A DNA stretch of 64,000 bases from an uncultured Chloroflexia bacterium (GCA_963838285.1 CAWIQP010000004.1:397752-461751); one strand, 5' to 3'; shown: positions 21,679 to 32,294, counted from the first letter of the stretch. Numbers and translations are program-made. Notes: generated from the letters alone by a model not told the origin.

Positions 21679-24036
21679 TCAGACGGGCAACCGGACCTCG
21701 ATTCGTGGCGAGTCTGCGGCGGGCGTGACGAGCATGCCTTCGGGGGTGCTCTCGGCGGCGGCGCCGGTCACGGCCAGGCCGGGCGCCGCGTTGACCAGCA
21801 TGAGCCGCCACGGCTTGGTTCCCCGCACGCGCTCCGCTACCACGACCCCGGCCGTCCTGGTCACCTCGAAGGCCGAATCGGTTCCGCCGCCCATTTCGGG
21901 CACGGCGACGGCTACCTTCACGCCTTCGGCGAGCTCATAGGCGTGGAGAGTCACTCCGTCCGCGAAGTCGTAGTCCGCCCTGTCGCTCCGAGCGCCCATG
22001 GCAACGACCGATCCGGGCCTGACCAGCAGCGGCAGACCGGCGGCGTCGCAGCGTTCCCGAATCCAGCCCGGTCCCTCCACGACCGAGCGGCTCAGCAGGT
22101 TCGTCCACCTGCCGGCCGGAACGTAGTACGTGGCGTCGCCCGACTCCGAGAATACCGGCGCCACGAGAAGCGACTCGCCGAGCATGTACTGGCGGTCGAG
22201 AAGAGCGGCCGTTGGATCGTCGGGGAACTCGAGCAACATCGCCCGCATCATCGGCACGCCGGTCCGCGAGACCTCAACGGCAGCACGGTACAGGTACGGC
22301 ATGAGACGGCACTTCAGCTGGGCGAAGTCCCTGACGACTTCGACGGCCCGATCGTCGACGAGCCACGGAACGCGGTACGAGTTGCTGCCGTGCAGGCGGC
22401 TGTGCGAGCTCAGCAAGCCGAACTGGGCCCAGCGCTGGTAGACGGCCGGTGAAGGCGTGCCTTCGAAGCCGCCGATGTCGTGGCTCCAGAAGCCGAAGCC
22501 GGACAGACTCAGGGACAGCCCGCCGCGCAGGGTGTCGGCCATGGATGGGAAGGTGCTCTCGCAGTCGCCGCCCCAGTGGACCGGGAAGAGCCAGCTGCAG
22601 GCCGTGGCCGACCGGGCGAAGACCACTGCCTCGCCCCGGCCGCGCCGCTCGCGCAGCAGACCGAAGACGGCCTCGTTGTAGAGGTACGGATAGAAGTTGT
22701 GCATCCGTTCCGGGTCCGACCCATCGTGCCAGACGACATCGGTCGGTATCCGCTCCCCGAAGTCGGTCTTGAAGGAATCGACGCCCTGGTCCAGGAGGGT
22801 CGCAAGCTTGGCGAGATACCAGTCGCGGGCCTTTGGGTTGGTGAAGTCGAGAATGCCCATCCCGGGCTGCCACTGGTCGCTCTGCCAGGTGTCGCCGTTC
22901 GGACGCCTGAGCAGGTAGCCTGCCTCGCTCGCCTCGCCGAAGAGTGGCGAAGCCTGGGCCACGTACGGGTTGATCCAGACGCAGACCCTCAGGCCGCGCT
23001 CGTGAAGCCGAGCCAGCATGCCGGCCGGATCGGGAAAGACCCCTTCGTCCCAGCTGAAGTCGACCCACTGGAACTCGCGCATCCAGAACGAGTCGAAGTG
23101 GAAGACGCTGAGGGGAATGTCCCGCTCCGCCATGCCCTCCACGAAGTGGGTCACCGTCGCCTCGTCGTAGTCGGTGGTGAACGAGGTCGAAAGCCACAGC
23201 CCGAACGACCAGGCCGGTGGCAGAGCCGGCCGGCCGACGAGGCCCGTAAACCGTTCCAGCACTTCCTTCGGACTCGGGCCGTAGATGACGAGGTACTCGA
23301 GCGTCTGGCCCTCGACACTGAAGCCGACCTGGTCGGCGCGCTCCGTCGCGACCTCGAACTCGACCTTCCCAGGATCGTTGACGAAGACGCCGTAACCGGC
23401 ATCGGTCAGATAGAAGGGCACGTTCTTGTACGCCTGCTCCGAGCCGGTGCCACCGTCGCGGTTCCACATGTCGATCGACTGGCCGTTCTTCACGAACGGA
23501 CCGAAGCGTTCGCCCAGGCCGTAGACGTGCTCGCCGACCCCGAGCGAGAGAGCGTCGGCCATGAAGTGGCCGACTCCGTGGCCGCCGTGAGCGTGCCGGC
23601 CGTGGCCCGCCCATTCGATCGCGGCCATGCTCTTCGAGTCGCTCGTGGTCAGAGTTCGGCCGCCGGCCGTGAACTCCAGGCTCCAGGGACCCGTTCGATT
23701 GATGCGCGCGGCCAGCCGGCCCGATCGGAGGCTCGCCGTGGAATCGTCGACCTCCACGTCGACGTCGGGGGCCTGGCCGGGGAAGATCGGAAAGACCGGC
23801 CCTTTGGCTCGACCGCCGGCGTGATGAGTCACGCGCACGCGGATCACATCGACCGTCGGGGACGACAGCTCGACCGTCAGAGCCACGAGATCGTGCATCT
23901 CCGAGCGATCCTGCGGGACGGCAGTGGGCGCAAGCACCGTCAGCGTGTCCTCGGTTGCGGTAACGCGGTGGACTACCGCCGGATACAGCGCGCGCACACC
24001 GTCACGCAACAGCCAGTACCCGTCCCTGAACTTCAT
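21679..24036 (-). CDS. glycoside hydrolase family 31 alpha-xylosidase, tandem paralog
   Basis: Collinear with the downstream GH31 gene at an estimated ~60-65% identity. Same catalytic motifs. Confidence 0.9.
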   Translation of the reverse strand: MKFRDGYWLLRDGVRALYPAVVHRVTATEDTLTVLAPTAVPQDRSEMHDLVALTVELSSPTVDVIRVRVTHHAGGRAKGPVFPIFPGQAPDVDVEVDDSTASLRSGRLAARINRTGPWSLEFTAGGRTLTTSDSKSMAAIEWAGHGRHAHGGHGVGHFMADALSLGVGEHVYGLGERFGPFVKNGQSIDMWNRDGGTGSEQAYKNVPFYLTDAGYGVFVNDPGKVEFEVATERADQVGFSVEGQTLEYLVIYGPSPKEVLERFTGLVGRPALPPAWSFGLWLSTSFTTDYDEATVTHFVEGMAERDIPLSVFHFDSFWMREFQWVDFSWDEGVFPDPAGMLARLHERGLRVCVWINPYVAQASPLFGEASEAGYLLRRPNGDTWQSDQWQPGMGILDFTNPKARDWYLAKLATLLDQGVDSFKTDFGERIPTDVVWHDGSDPERMHNFYPYLYNEAVFGLLRERRGRGEAVVFARSATACSWLFPVHWGGDCESTFPSMADTLRGGLSLSLSGFGFWSHDIGGFEGTPSPAVYQRWAQFGLLSSHSRLHGSNSYRVPWLVDDRAVEVVRDFAQLKCRLMPYLYRAAVEVSRTGVPMMRAMLLEFPDDPTAALLDRQYMLGESLLVAPVFSESGDATYYVPAGRWTNLLSRSVVEGPGWIRERCDAAGLPLLVRPGSVVAMGARSDRADYDFADGVTLHAYELAEGVKVAVAVPEMGGGTDSAFEVTRTAGVVVAERVRGTKPWRLMLVNAAPGLAVTGAAAESTPEGMLVTPAADSPRIEVRLPV

Positions 24037-24176
24037 GAGTCCTCACTCCTGACACACCCGTGATCAGTCTTCGACTCAGACTCGGCGCCACTCCGTGGCC
24101 GCCGCACGAGAACTGCGAATCGAGCCCAACCAGCGCCGAACATGGCGTCCCCCACCGCCCCGAAAGGAGCCGATTC

Positions 24177-25082
24177 CTATCTGTAGGAGCCTGCGGTAAT
24201 CCCTCTCGTCAGAGTCCTCTGGAACATCAAGAAGAACACGACGCACGGCAGCACGCCCAATAGCGCGGACGCCGCCACCTGACTCTCGTTCATCATGTGC
24301 TGACCCTGCGTCACGGCAACCGCGACCGGCACCGTGTACTGCGAATTGGAGACCAGGAAGACCATCGGCAGGTAGAACTCGTTCCAGGTCCAGATGAAGG
24401 CGAAGACCATGAGAACCGCAAGCGAAGGCCTCATGATCGGCACGACCACCTGAATCAGAAGCTGGAGCTTCCCGCAGCCGTCCACCCGTGCCGCATCCAG
24501 AATCTCCCGCGGGAAAGCCCTCATCACCGATGCGATGAAGTACGTCCCGAAGGCGCTCTGGATGACCGTGAACATGATGATCACCGAGAGTTGCGTGTTG
24601 TACAGGCCAAGCGGTTTGGCCATGTAGTAGAGCGGATAGACGATGGCCTCATTGGGGAGGATGTTGGCCATCATGAAGAACACGAGCAGCCAGACGGCGC
24701 CGCGGATCCGCCCGATGCCGAGCGCGAACGCGTTCAGCAGAGACAGGGTTGTCGCCAGAACGGCCACCGACCCGCTGATGACGATGCTGTTTCTAAGGGC
24801 TCCTCCAAAGTCGACCGCATTCCAGAACGACACGATGTTGTTCAGGGTCGGATCCTGCGGCAACGAGAGGGGCCCGTTCGAGGCCAGGTCCTCGGGCGCC
24901 TTGACCGCGTTGATGGCGATGATGGCGAAGGGCGCGAACATGATCACGAGCAGCGCGATCAGACCGAACAGAACGCCATAGGCCTGAACGACCCCGAGCA
25001 CACGCGAACGCCGGGTTCGGGTCCGTCCCGGTCTTCGCGTCCCCGGCCCCGGCCGTTCTTCCGTCGCGATGTTGGCAGTCAT
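24177..25082 (-). CDS. carbohydrate ABC transporter permease (MalG-like)
   Basis: Six TM segments with EAA-like loop. The ATG lies 1 nt after the upstream permease stop. Confidence 0.85.
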   Translation of the reverse strand: MTANIATEERPGPGTRRPGRTRTRRSRVLGVVQAYGVLFGLIALLVIMFAPFAIIAINAVKAPEDLASNGPLSLPQDPTLNNIVSFWNAVDFGGALRNSIVISGSVAVLATTLSLLNAFALGIGRIRGAVWLLVFFMMANILPNEAIVYPLYYMAKPLGLYNTQLSVIIMFTVIQSAFGTYFIASVMRAFPREILDAARVDGCGKLQLLIQVVVPIMRPSLAVLMVFAFIWTWNEFYLPMVFLVSNSQYTVPVAVAVTQGQHMMNESQVAASALLGVLPCVVFFLMFQRTLTRGITAGSYR

Positions 25083-25083
25083 G

Positions 25084-26022
25084 CTAGGAGTCCTCGGCGA
25101 GGTCGCGCCTCGCCTGGAAGTTGATGAAGACGACGGCAACCGCCAGGACGACCACGGTCACGACCGTCGCGACCGCCGACCCCAGCCCAACCTGGTCCTT
25201 CTGGAAGAAGTTCAGGTACGTGTAGTACGAGGGCACGTAGGTCGACGTTCCAGGCCCGCCCCTCGTCAGGACGAACACCTGGGCGAAAACCTTGAACGTG
25301 GCGATCGTCGTCATCAGAACGACCACGAAGATCTCCGGCCGTATCTGGTGGATCGTCACGTGTATGAACGTCTGCCAGCCGGAAGCCCCGTCCAGGGCCG
25401 CCGCCTCGATGATGCTCTGGTCCATCCGCTGAAGCGCGGTGAAGAAGATGACCAGCGGGAACCCGACCTGGAACCAGACCATCATTCCCATCACGGAGAA
25501 GAGAGCGATGTCCGGGTTCCCGAGCCAGTTCTGTGCGAGGACATTGAGGCCGACGGCCTGGAGAATCGAGTTGAGGGCCCCGTCGGGTGTCAGGATCCAG
25601 CCCCACACGACGCCGGCCACCGCCACCGGCATTACCTGTGGCAGATAGAAGCCGGCTCGGAAGAAGCTGGCGGTTTTTGGGCCGAACCTGCGGCTGACAT
25701 AGCTGTACAGCAGGCCGGCGAGGAGCAGGCCGAGGATCGTCGGTATGACGACCATGGCCAGAAGCAGACTCAGCGTGTTCTGGAACGACGCGATGAAGTA
25801 CGGGTCGCTGAGCAGGTTGACGTAGTTGTCGATCCCGACCCACGTTGGAAGTTGAACGCCGTTCCAGGTCGTGAAGCTGACTGCGATCGTGGCCGCGAAG
25901 GGCACGATGATAACGATCAGGAACATCACCAGGCCGGGGAGCAGAAACACCCAATAGCCGCTGTCGAGCGAACTCTTCTTTCTCTTCGCGGCTTTCCCGG
26001 ATATCACCTCAAGTGCCTCCAC
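25084..26022 (-). CDS. carbohydrate ABC transporter permease (MalF-like)
   Basis: Polytopic. EAA motif region IEAAALDGASGWQTF. GTG start. Confidence 0.85.
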   Translation of the reverse strand: MEALEVISGKAAKRKKSSLDSGYWVFLLPGLVMFLIVIIVPFAATIAVSFTTWNGVQLPTWVGIDNYVNLLSDPYFIASFQNTLSLLLAMVVIPTILGLLLAGLLYSYVSRRFGPKTASFFRAGFYLPQVMPVAVAGVVWGWILTPDGALNSILQAVGLNVLAQNWLGNPDIALFSVMGMMVWFQVGFPLVIFFTALQRMDQSIIEAAALDGASGWQTFIHVTIHQIRPEIFVVVLMTTIATFKVFAQVFVLTRGGPGTSTYVPSYYTYLNFFQKDQVGLGSAVATVVTVVVLAVAVVFINFQARRDLAEDS

Positions 26023-26143
26023 ACCCCGCTACGAGGCGCCTCGCCTGCATCGGCGCGCCTCGAATTGCTCATGGAAAGTGCTCTGCCCGCAGGACCGCCG
26101 GAGGAAAGGGTCCCGGCGGTCCTGCGGACGAGAGGGTCTCTGG

Positions 26144-27550
26144 CTAGAGGCTGGGCTTGCCGGCGTTGTACGCCGTGGCGAGCGCGTCGAGGAACTTCGA
26201 CGGGTCTTGCCCGTTCATGAGGTTCTGCACGTTCGAAACGAGGACGTTGTAGAAGCCGGGGACCGGCCAGTCGGGATAGTAGGCCAGTCCGTCGTTCTTG
26301 AGCAGCGTCTGGAAGTTCTGGTTGAACGTCTGGAGCGCCGGATCGGTGATGGCCGTCGCGTCCGCGGCGACCGGCAGGCCGCCGGCCCGACCCATGATGT
26401 TCTGGATCGGCGTGGAGAGGGTGATGTCGATGAAGTCCTCCGCCAGGTCCGCGTTCTTGGACCCGCTCGGAATGACCCAGATGTTACCGCTCGAACCGGG
26501 GGCGAGGGTGTTGCCCGGGAAGAGGAAGATTCCCCACTTGAACTTGGTGATCTCGGTGATGAACGAGCCGTACCACCAGCTGCCGGTGGGGAAGATCGGG
26601 TTCTTGCCTGCCATGAATGCGTCGCCGGCCTGCTGGGCGGTCAGAGACACCTCGTTCTTGGTCAGGTAACCGTTCTTCATCCACTTGGCGAACTCCGTGG
26701 CGCCGAAGGTCAGCGCCGTGTCGTGGAAGTCGACGGCGTTCGCGTACATCTCATAGTCGTTGACCCACTGGCGATTCGCCTGGCTCAGGACCAACTGATA
26801 GAAGATCTGCTGGGCCGGATACTCGGCGCCGCCCGTCGCGACCGGAGTGATCCCGGCCTTGACGAAGGTGTCCATCGCCGTCTCGAAATCGGCGAGGGTA
26901 TTGGGGACCGTGATGTTGTACTTGGTGAACATGTCCTGGTTGTAGTAGACCATGACGTATTCGCCGTACGTCGTCACGCCGTACCACTTGCCGGAGCCCA
27001 TGATCCCCTTCGGGCTGTACATGCAGGTGGTCTGCAGGCTCGGGGTGAGGATCTTGTCCCAGCCCCGCGTCGTGGCGACGCTCGTGAGGTCCGTAAGCAA
27101 TCCCTGCGTCGACAGGAGGCCCGCCGTCGCGTTGCCCTTGTTGTACTCCATCACGTCGGGGGCGGCGCCCGAGTTGAGGATCATCGACGCGTTCGACTGG
27201 ATGTCCTCGAACGCCTTCGCCTCGTGAGTGACGGTGCAGCCGGGGTGCGTGGACTTGAACGTGTCGATCGCGGCGGCCCAGGACTGGCCCATGGCGCTGT
27301 CGGCCAATTCATAGTCCCAGATCGTGAGCGTGCGGCCCGTGTAGTTCGGCGTTGTCGGCGCGGGAACTACCGTCGGGGCCGGGGCCGTGGTGGGGGCCGG
27401 GGCCGTGGTGGGGGCCGGGGCCGTGGTGGGAGTGGCGGAGCTCGAAGAGCATGCCGCGGCGACGGCCGGCAGAACGGTCAGGCCGACTGCGCCCAGCACT
27501 CCCTTCTTCAGGATCTCTCGACGGGTAACTGGACCTTCCAACTCAGGCAT
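26144..27550 (-). CDS. sugar ABC transporter extracellular solute-binding lipoprotein (family 1)
   Basis: Tat-like RREILKKG plus lipobox AAACSS, then a (PAPTTA)n linker and an SBP_bac_1 fold. Confidence 0.85.
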   Translation of the reverse strand: MPELEGPVTRREILKKGVLGAVGLTVLPAVAAACSSSSATPTTAPAPTTAPAPTTAPAPTVVPAPTTPNYTGRTLTIWDYELADSAMGQSWAAAIDTFKSTHPGCTVTHEAKAFEDIQSNASMILNSGAAPDVMEYNKGNATAGLLSTQGLLTDLTSVATTRGWDKILTPSLQTTCMYSPKGIMGSGKWYGVTTYGEYVMVYYNQDMFTKYNITVPNTLADFETAMDTFVKAGITPVATGGAEYPAQQIFYQLVLSQANRQWVNDYEMYANAVDFHDTALTFGATEFAKWMKNGYLTKNEVSLTAQQAGDAFMAGKNPIFPTGSWWYGSFITEITKFKWGIFLFPGNTLAPGSSGNIWVIPSGSKNADLAEDFIDITLSTPIQNIMGRAGGLPVAADATAITDPALQTFNQNFQTLLKNDGLAYYPDWPVPGFYNVLVSNVQNLMNGQDPSKFLDALATAYNAGKPSL

Positions 27551-27772
27551 GTTTCCCTACTCCTCCGTGTCGGGCTCGTTGCCGACTGGCCAACGTAGAC
27601 CCGATCGATTGCGGTGCCTCTGCTGTCCCTCTTGAGATGACACGAGCGCCACGATCGCTGGGTGGCGGACAGCACTCGTCGGGCATTGCCTGTGACTACT
27701 CTCACCTCCTTGAAGTCGCGGCGCTTGTCTTGGTCGCCAAGTCGAATTGGCGGAATTGGCAAGGGAACGGGA

Positions 27773-28846
27773 CTACCTCGTCGCAGCTCGAGCGTGAACT
27801 GGCTTTTGTCGGGATCGGGTGGTCGGATTCGGCGCGGGACCGGTACTGCCTCGAACGACGAGGCGGCAAGGCAGCAGCTGCTGCACGAGTTCGCGGTTGT
27901 CGTCCTCGAGCTGCCCGATCAGCATCTCCACGCCGAGCCGTCCCAGCTGTGCGCTCTGCGGAGTCATCGCCGTCAGCGACGGCAGCGTCATCTCGGCGAC
28001 TCGCGCCGACGAGACCAGGGACACGATCGAGAGATCGTCAGGAACCCTCCAGCCGCGCCGGGCGGCCGCCTGCATGACGCCGAACGTCGCCGGCTCGTTC
28101 ATCGTGACCAGCGCCGTTACGTCGGGGTGTTCCTCTATGAGCTCCTCGAAGACCTCCTGCCCGGCCATCGCCGTGTCTCCGCAGAATCGGCTGATCGGCG
28201 TCAGACCGGCCGAGTTGGCCACCTGGTTGAAGCCGGCAGCCGCTCGAACGGAGGGACCGTAGCCGGCGGAGAACGTTTCCTCGGAATGGTTGAGAAAGGC
28301 GATCTGCCGGTGACCGAGCTCGACCAGATACGTCACGGCATCGCGAGTCGTCTGCTCGAAGTCGATGTCCGCGTAGCCGATGTCGGAAACCGCGGCCGGG
28401 CGTCCGATCATGCTGAACGGGACCCCGATCTGCCGCAGCAGCTCGATGCGTTCGTCGTTCAGCCGCACCTCCATGACCAGCACGCCGTCGACGAGGCTCT
28501 GGCGAACCAGCTGCTGGAGGTCTCCGACCGCGTGGATCTCCATCGGCCACAGGACGAGGTGATACCCGAGGCCCTGCGCAGCCTCGGCGGCCCCGGTGAC
28601 GAATTCGAGCTCGGTGGCGCCGAAGCCACGCGGAAACGCCGGGAACAGCAGGGCGATGATGCGGCTCCGCTTGCTCGCCAGTCCCCGGGCCAGGGCGTGC
28701 GGCTGATAGCCGAGCTCGGCCATCGCCTGCCAGATCCGCAGGCGCGTTTCCTCGGAGACCGGCCTCGTGCCGTTCAAGGCATACGATACGGTGCTCAGGG
28801 CTACGTTCGCCCTCTTGGCCACTTCGAGCATCGTCGGTGCGGGCAT
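27773..28846 (-). CDS. LacI-family transcriptional regulator (probable repressor of the xyloside/xylose locus)
   Basis: N-terminal HTH MLEVAKRANVALSTVSYALNG plus a periplasmic-binding-like sugar-binding domain. An alternative start is at 28831. Confidence 0.85.
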   Translation of the reverse strand: MPAPTMLEVAKRANVALSTVSYALNGTRPVSEETRLRIWQAMAELGYQPHALARGLASKRSRIIALLFPAFPRGFGATELEFVTGAAEAAQGLGYHLVLWPMEIHAVGDLQQLVRQSLVDGVLVMEVRLNDERIELLRQIGVPFSMIGRPAAVSDIGYADIDFEQTTRDAVTYLVELGHRQIAFLNHSEETFSAGYGPSVRAAAGFNQVANSAGLTPISRFCGDTAMAGQEVFEELIEEHPDVTALVTMNEPATFGVMQAAARRGWRVPDDLSIVSLVSSARVAEMTLPSLTAMTPQSAQLGRLGVEMLIGQLEDDNRELVQQLLPCRLVVRGSTGPAPNPTTRSRQKPVHARAATR

Positions 28847-28888
28847 CGATACTCCGAGGAGCGGGTTCCTGCCGGGAGTAAGATCAGC

Positions 28889-28943
28889 GTCGAAGCGCGT
28901 AGTCGAAGCGCGTAGTCGAAGCGCGTAGTCGAAGCGCTTCGAC
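28889..28943. promoter_or_regulatory. operator array: 3 tandem 13-bp units (gtcgaagcgcgta) ending in a perfect 16-bp palindrome GTCGAAGCGCTTCGAC
   Basis: Sits in the lacI/xylA divergent intergenic region. The palindrome has the central AAGCGCTT typical of LacI-family operators. Confidence 0.6.
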
Positions 28944-29063
28944 GGCACGCTAATGGAGTGGCCGGGCCGTGTCAAGATGGAAACTGCAGGCGGGCAGAAT
29001 CGCCCGCGACAGGACCCAATACGGCGGCGGGAATTCGAAGGTCGGGGCCAAGGAGGACAGACC

Positions 29064-30431
29064 GTGACACAGGACTTCTTCGCGGAGGTACCGGGGCGCA
29101 TCCGCTTCGGCGGCCTCGATTCGGGCGACCCGCTGACCTACAAGGTCTACGAGCCCGATCGCCTGGTCCTCGGAAAGCGCATGGAGGACCACCTCCGGAT
29201 CGCGGTTTGCCTGTGGCACTCGTTCGCCTCACCCGGTGGGGACATGTTCGGCTCGGGCACGTTCGACCGTCCCTGGCTGGATGCCGGAGTGGATCCCCTG
29301 GTAGCGGGGCGGGCCAAGCTCGACGCCGCCTTCGAGTTCATCGCCAAGCTCGGCGTCCCGTTCTACTGCTTCCACGACCGCGACATCGCTCCAGAGGGCG
29401 CGACGTTCACCGAGACGAAGTCGCGATTGGCCGCTATGGTCGACTACGCGGCCGAGCAGATGGCTCGGACCGGCGTGAAGCTCCTGTGGGGCACCGCCAA
29501 CCTCTTCGGCCATCCGCGCTACGCCGCCGGCGCGGCCACCAATCCCGATCCCGACGTGTTCGCCTACGCCGCCGCCCAGGTCAAGCTCGTGCTGGAGGCG
29601 ACGAAACAGCTCGGCGGCGCCAACTACGTTCTGTGGGGCGGCCGCGAGGGCTACGACACGCTCCTCAACACCGACCTCGCCCATGAGGAAGCGCAGCTCG
29701 CCCGATTCCTGAGCCTGGTCGCCGAGCACAAGCACCGCATCGGCTTCAGCGGCACTCTCCTGATCGAGCCCAAGCCCCACGAGCCGACCAAGCACCAGTA
29801 CGACCACGATTCCGCGGCCGTCCACGGATTCCTCGTCCGCCACGGCCTGCAGGACGAGTTCCGGCTGAACATCGAGGCCAACCACGCCACCCTGGCAGGC
29901 CACAGCTTCCATCACGAGGTCGCGTACGCCGCGGCCAACGGCATTCTCGGCAGCATCGACGCCAACAGAGGCGACTACCAGAACGGCTGGGACACGGACC
30001 AGTTCCCCAACTCGGTCGACGAGCTGGCCCTGGCCATGTACGAGATCCTGCGCGGCGGAGGCCTCACAACTGGCGGCTTCAACTTCGACGCCAAGCTGCG
30101 CCGCCAGAGCCTGGACCGGACCGATCTGTTCCACGGCCACATCGGCGGCATCGACACGCTCGCCCGGGCCCTGGTCGTGGCCTCGGACATGATCGAACGC
30201 GGGGCCGTCGAGAGGCTTCGGGAGGAGCGCTACGCCGGCTGGTCTGGCGAGCTTGGGAAGTCGATCATGTCGGGCGGCGCCACTCTCGATGATTTGGAGC
30301 GCCGCGCCGCCGCCGGCGAGATCGATCCAAAACCCGTTTCCGGCAGGCAGGAACTGCTCGAGAACCTGGTCAACCAGCAGATCTGGGCGGCGGAACGCCG
30401 GGCCGCGACCGACACGACGCCTGCGGGCTGA
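29064..30431 (+). CDS. xylA: xylose isomerase (class II)
   Basis: Perfect AAGGAGGA RBS 7 nt upstream of GTG. Motifs [31 protein letters not shown]. Confidence 0.95.
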   Translation: MTQDFFAEVPGRIRFGGLDSGDPLTYKVYEPDRLVLGKRMEDHLRIAVCLWHSFASPGGDMFGSGTFDRPWLDAGVDPLVAGRAKLDAAFEFIAKLGVPFYCFHDRDIAPEGATFTETKSRLAAMVDYAAEQMARTGVKLLWGTANLFGHPRYAAGAATNPDPDVFAYAAAQVKLVLEATKQLGGANYVLWGGREGYDTLLNTDLAHEEAQLARFLSLVAEHKHRIGFSGTLLIEPKPHEPTKHQYDHDSAAVHGFLVRHGLQDEFRLNIEANHATLAGHSFHHEVAYAAANGILGSIDANRGDYQNGWDTDQFPNSVDELALAMYEILRGGGLTTGGFNFDAKLRRQSLDRTDLFHGHIGGIDTLARALVVASDMIERGAVERLREERYAGWSGELGKSIMSGGATLDDLERRAAAGEIDPKPVSGRQELLENLVNQQIWAAERRAATDTTPAG

Positions 30432-30438
30432 GACCTGC

Positions 30439-31473
30439 ATGGGGGGCCTGATGACGGGCCGGCTCGCCGGGATCGACCGGCGACGGGCGCTCGCGATCGC
30501 GGCGCAGGTGGCGCTGGCCGCCTGGTTTGCCTATTGGAGCTGGCAGATCCTGCGCTTCTACTTCGAGAGCTTCCCGTACCACCTCGACATGTTCGGGTTC
30601 GACTCCCGCATATACCTGCACGGAGCCCAGACCTGGCTCGCCGGCGGCGATCCCTGGACCGCCTACGCGTCCCAGCATGCCTGGCCGCAGGGAGCGGGCG
30701 ACGTTCCGTACTACTTCACCGGTCCCCCACCGACCGTCCTGGCATTCGCCCCGTTCGCCTGGCTGCCCGACGCGCCGTTCACGGCCGTCTGGCAGGTTCT
30801 CACTGTCGGATCGGCGCTCTACATCCTTCGAAGGCTGCGCCTGCCCGTCTGGTGGCTGCTGTTCCCACCGCTGGCTCAGGCGGTCTTCATCGGCAACCCG
30901 CACGTGGTCTGCCTGGCTCTGATCCTGAGCGGCTGGAGCGTCCTCCGGGCGCTCGCCCCGGCGGTGAAGGCCTACGCGGTCATACCGATGGTCGGCGAGC
31001 GACAGTGGCGGGCCCTGGGAATCCTGGCGGTTGCGGGCACGCTATCCCTCGTCGCCTTCTGGCCGCTGTGGTCCCAGTACGCGGCCGACTATCAGCACAT
31101 TCAGACGTGGATCTCCAACGCGACGTGGGGTGGATTCTCCGCTTCCCGCGACCCGCGACTCTTCGTGGTTGCGGGCGTGGCGCTGGCGGCGCTCGCGGTC
31201 ATCGACTTCCGCGCGGCCGGCTGGCTCGTGGTTCCGGCGATGTGGCCCGCCGCCGAGTACTTCTACGCTTCGTTCGCGCTGCCACTGCGTTCGCCCTGGC
31301 TCATGGCGGCGCTCGCGGTCCCGGCGACGCAGGCCACCGCTCTGGTGCCGTGGACCATCGTCGCGTACGCCCTGGCGCGGGTCGGACTCGCCGTATTCCG
31401 GTGGTGGGCTCCGGCTCCCGAGGAGAGTGCGCCACCGCCTGGGCTCGATCCCGAGGACGCCGGCGCGCTGTAG
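30439..31473 (+). CDS. polytopic membrane protein (DUF2029/GT87-like, possible mannosyltransferase)
   Basis: About 9 TM segments. Aromatic-rich loops. Confidence 0.55.
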   Translation: MGGLMTGRLAGIDRRRALAIAAQVALAAWFAYWSWQILRFYFESFPYHLDMFGFDSRIYLHGAQTWLAGGDPWTAYASQHAWPQGAGDVPYYFTGPPPTVLAFAPFAWLPDAPFTAVWQVLTVGSALYILRRLRLPVWWLLFPPLAQAVFIGNPHVVCLALILSGWSVLRALAPAVKAYAVIPMVGERQWRALGILAVAGTLSLVAFWPLWSQYAADYQHIQTWISNATWGGFSASRDPRLFVVAGVALAALAVIDFRAAGWLVVPAMWPAAEYFYASFALPLRSPWLMAALAVPATQATALVPWTIVAYALARVGLAVFRWWAPAPEESAPPPGLDPEDAGAL

Positions 31474-31548
31474 TGCTGGCGTCGCGATCGACTCAATCGA
31501 CGTGCGGGCGCGTAGATCCGACGCCGGGCAGCCGCTGGAAGGGCAGGC

Positions 31549-31596
31549 TTGGCGTCCCCGGCGGGATTCGAACCCACGACCCGCCGCTTAGAAGGC
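31549..31596 (-). repeat. 48-bp direct repeat identical to the 3' part (anticodon stem to CCA) of tRNA-Arg(TCT). An att-like site, attR of an integrated islet
   Basis: 31549-31596 is identical to 33519-33566. Identity stops exactly in the anticodon stem. Confidence 0.85.
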
Positions 31597-31793
31597 CAAA
31601 GCGGCTATGCGCAATAGCACCACGCTCAGAGGCCCGAGCGTAACGTGTCCAGTTAGCGTGTCTTGCGCATGGCTCTCCCGCCCAAGTCATGGCTGGAGGA
31701 TTGCTTAGTTGTTGGCCTTGGTCGCGCCAACACAATCCCTCCGGCGTGCAACACCTAGGGGCACTCGGACGTTAGTCTGGTCAGGGAGGCATC

Positions 31794-32294
31794 TTGGAAG
31801 CTGCGACCCGGCTGAGTCCGGCCCATGCTCGTGAACTCCAGACGGCATTCAGGGTCCACATGCCCTGGCTCCGGCGGCGGATCGCGTTGATCGTTGGCGA
31901 TCCCGACGAGGCGTCGGACATCGCCCAGGAAGCCTTCGCCCGCGCCGTGGAGAACTGGCCGCTCGGCTCACGCGACGATGTGGCCCGCTGGCTTGCGACG
32001 GTCGGCATCAGGCTGGCAATCGATGCGCTGCGCCGACGCAGGCGTTGGGGTTTCACGCCGCTCCACGAAACCGACGCGACCTGGGCTCTGGATGTCGACC
32101 CCGACCTCTGGCGGGCGATTGCGACGCTGAAGCCGACAGCTCGTGCCGCGTTGCTGCTCACCGTGCTCGATGGATACACACAGGACGAGGTCGCGGCCGC
32201 GCTCAGCGTGAGGCGCGGCACCGTCGCAAGCTGGCTCTTGCGAGCACGCGACGAGCTGCGACCCCTCATCGGGAGTTCCGAAGATGGACGATAA
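31794..32294 (+). CDS. ECF-type RNA polymerase sigma factor (sigma-70 regions 2 and 4)
   Basis: Region 2 DIAQEAF. Region 4 ARAALLLTVLDGYTQDEVAAALSVRRGTVASWLLRARDEL. TTG start behind a GGGAGG RBS. Confidence 0.8.
   Translation: MEAATRLSPAHARELQTAFRVHMPWLRRRIALIVGDPDEASDIAQEAFARAVENWPLGSRDDVARWLATVGIRLAIDALRRRRRWGFTPLHETDATWALDVDPDLWRAIATLKPTARAALLLTVLDGYTQDEVAAALSVRRGTVASWLLRARDELRPLIGSSEDGR

Noticed and set aside
19752-23614. Alternate-frame ORFs inside the GH31 genes (493 aa and 446 aa)
   Set aside because: They are in the same-strand wrong frame. The GH31 catalytic motifs are in the annotated frames only.
29064-30431. Possible 3' frameshift in xylA because the C-terminus is longer than the E. 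coli enzyme
   Set aside because: The conserved ...[11 protein letters not shown] is intact and the extension is short. There is no evidence of a frame break.
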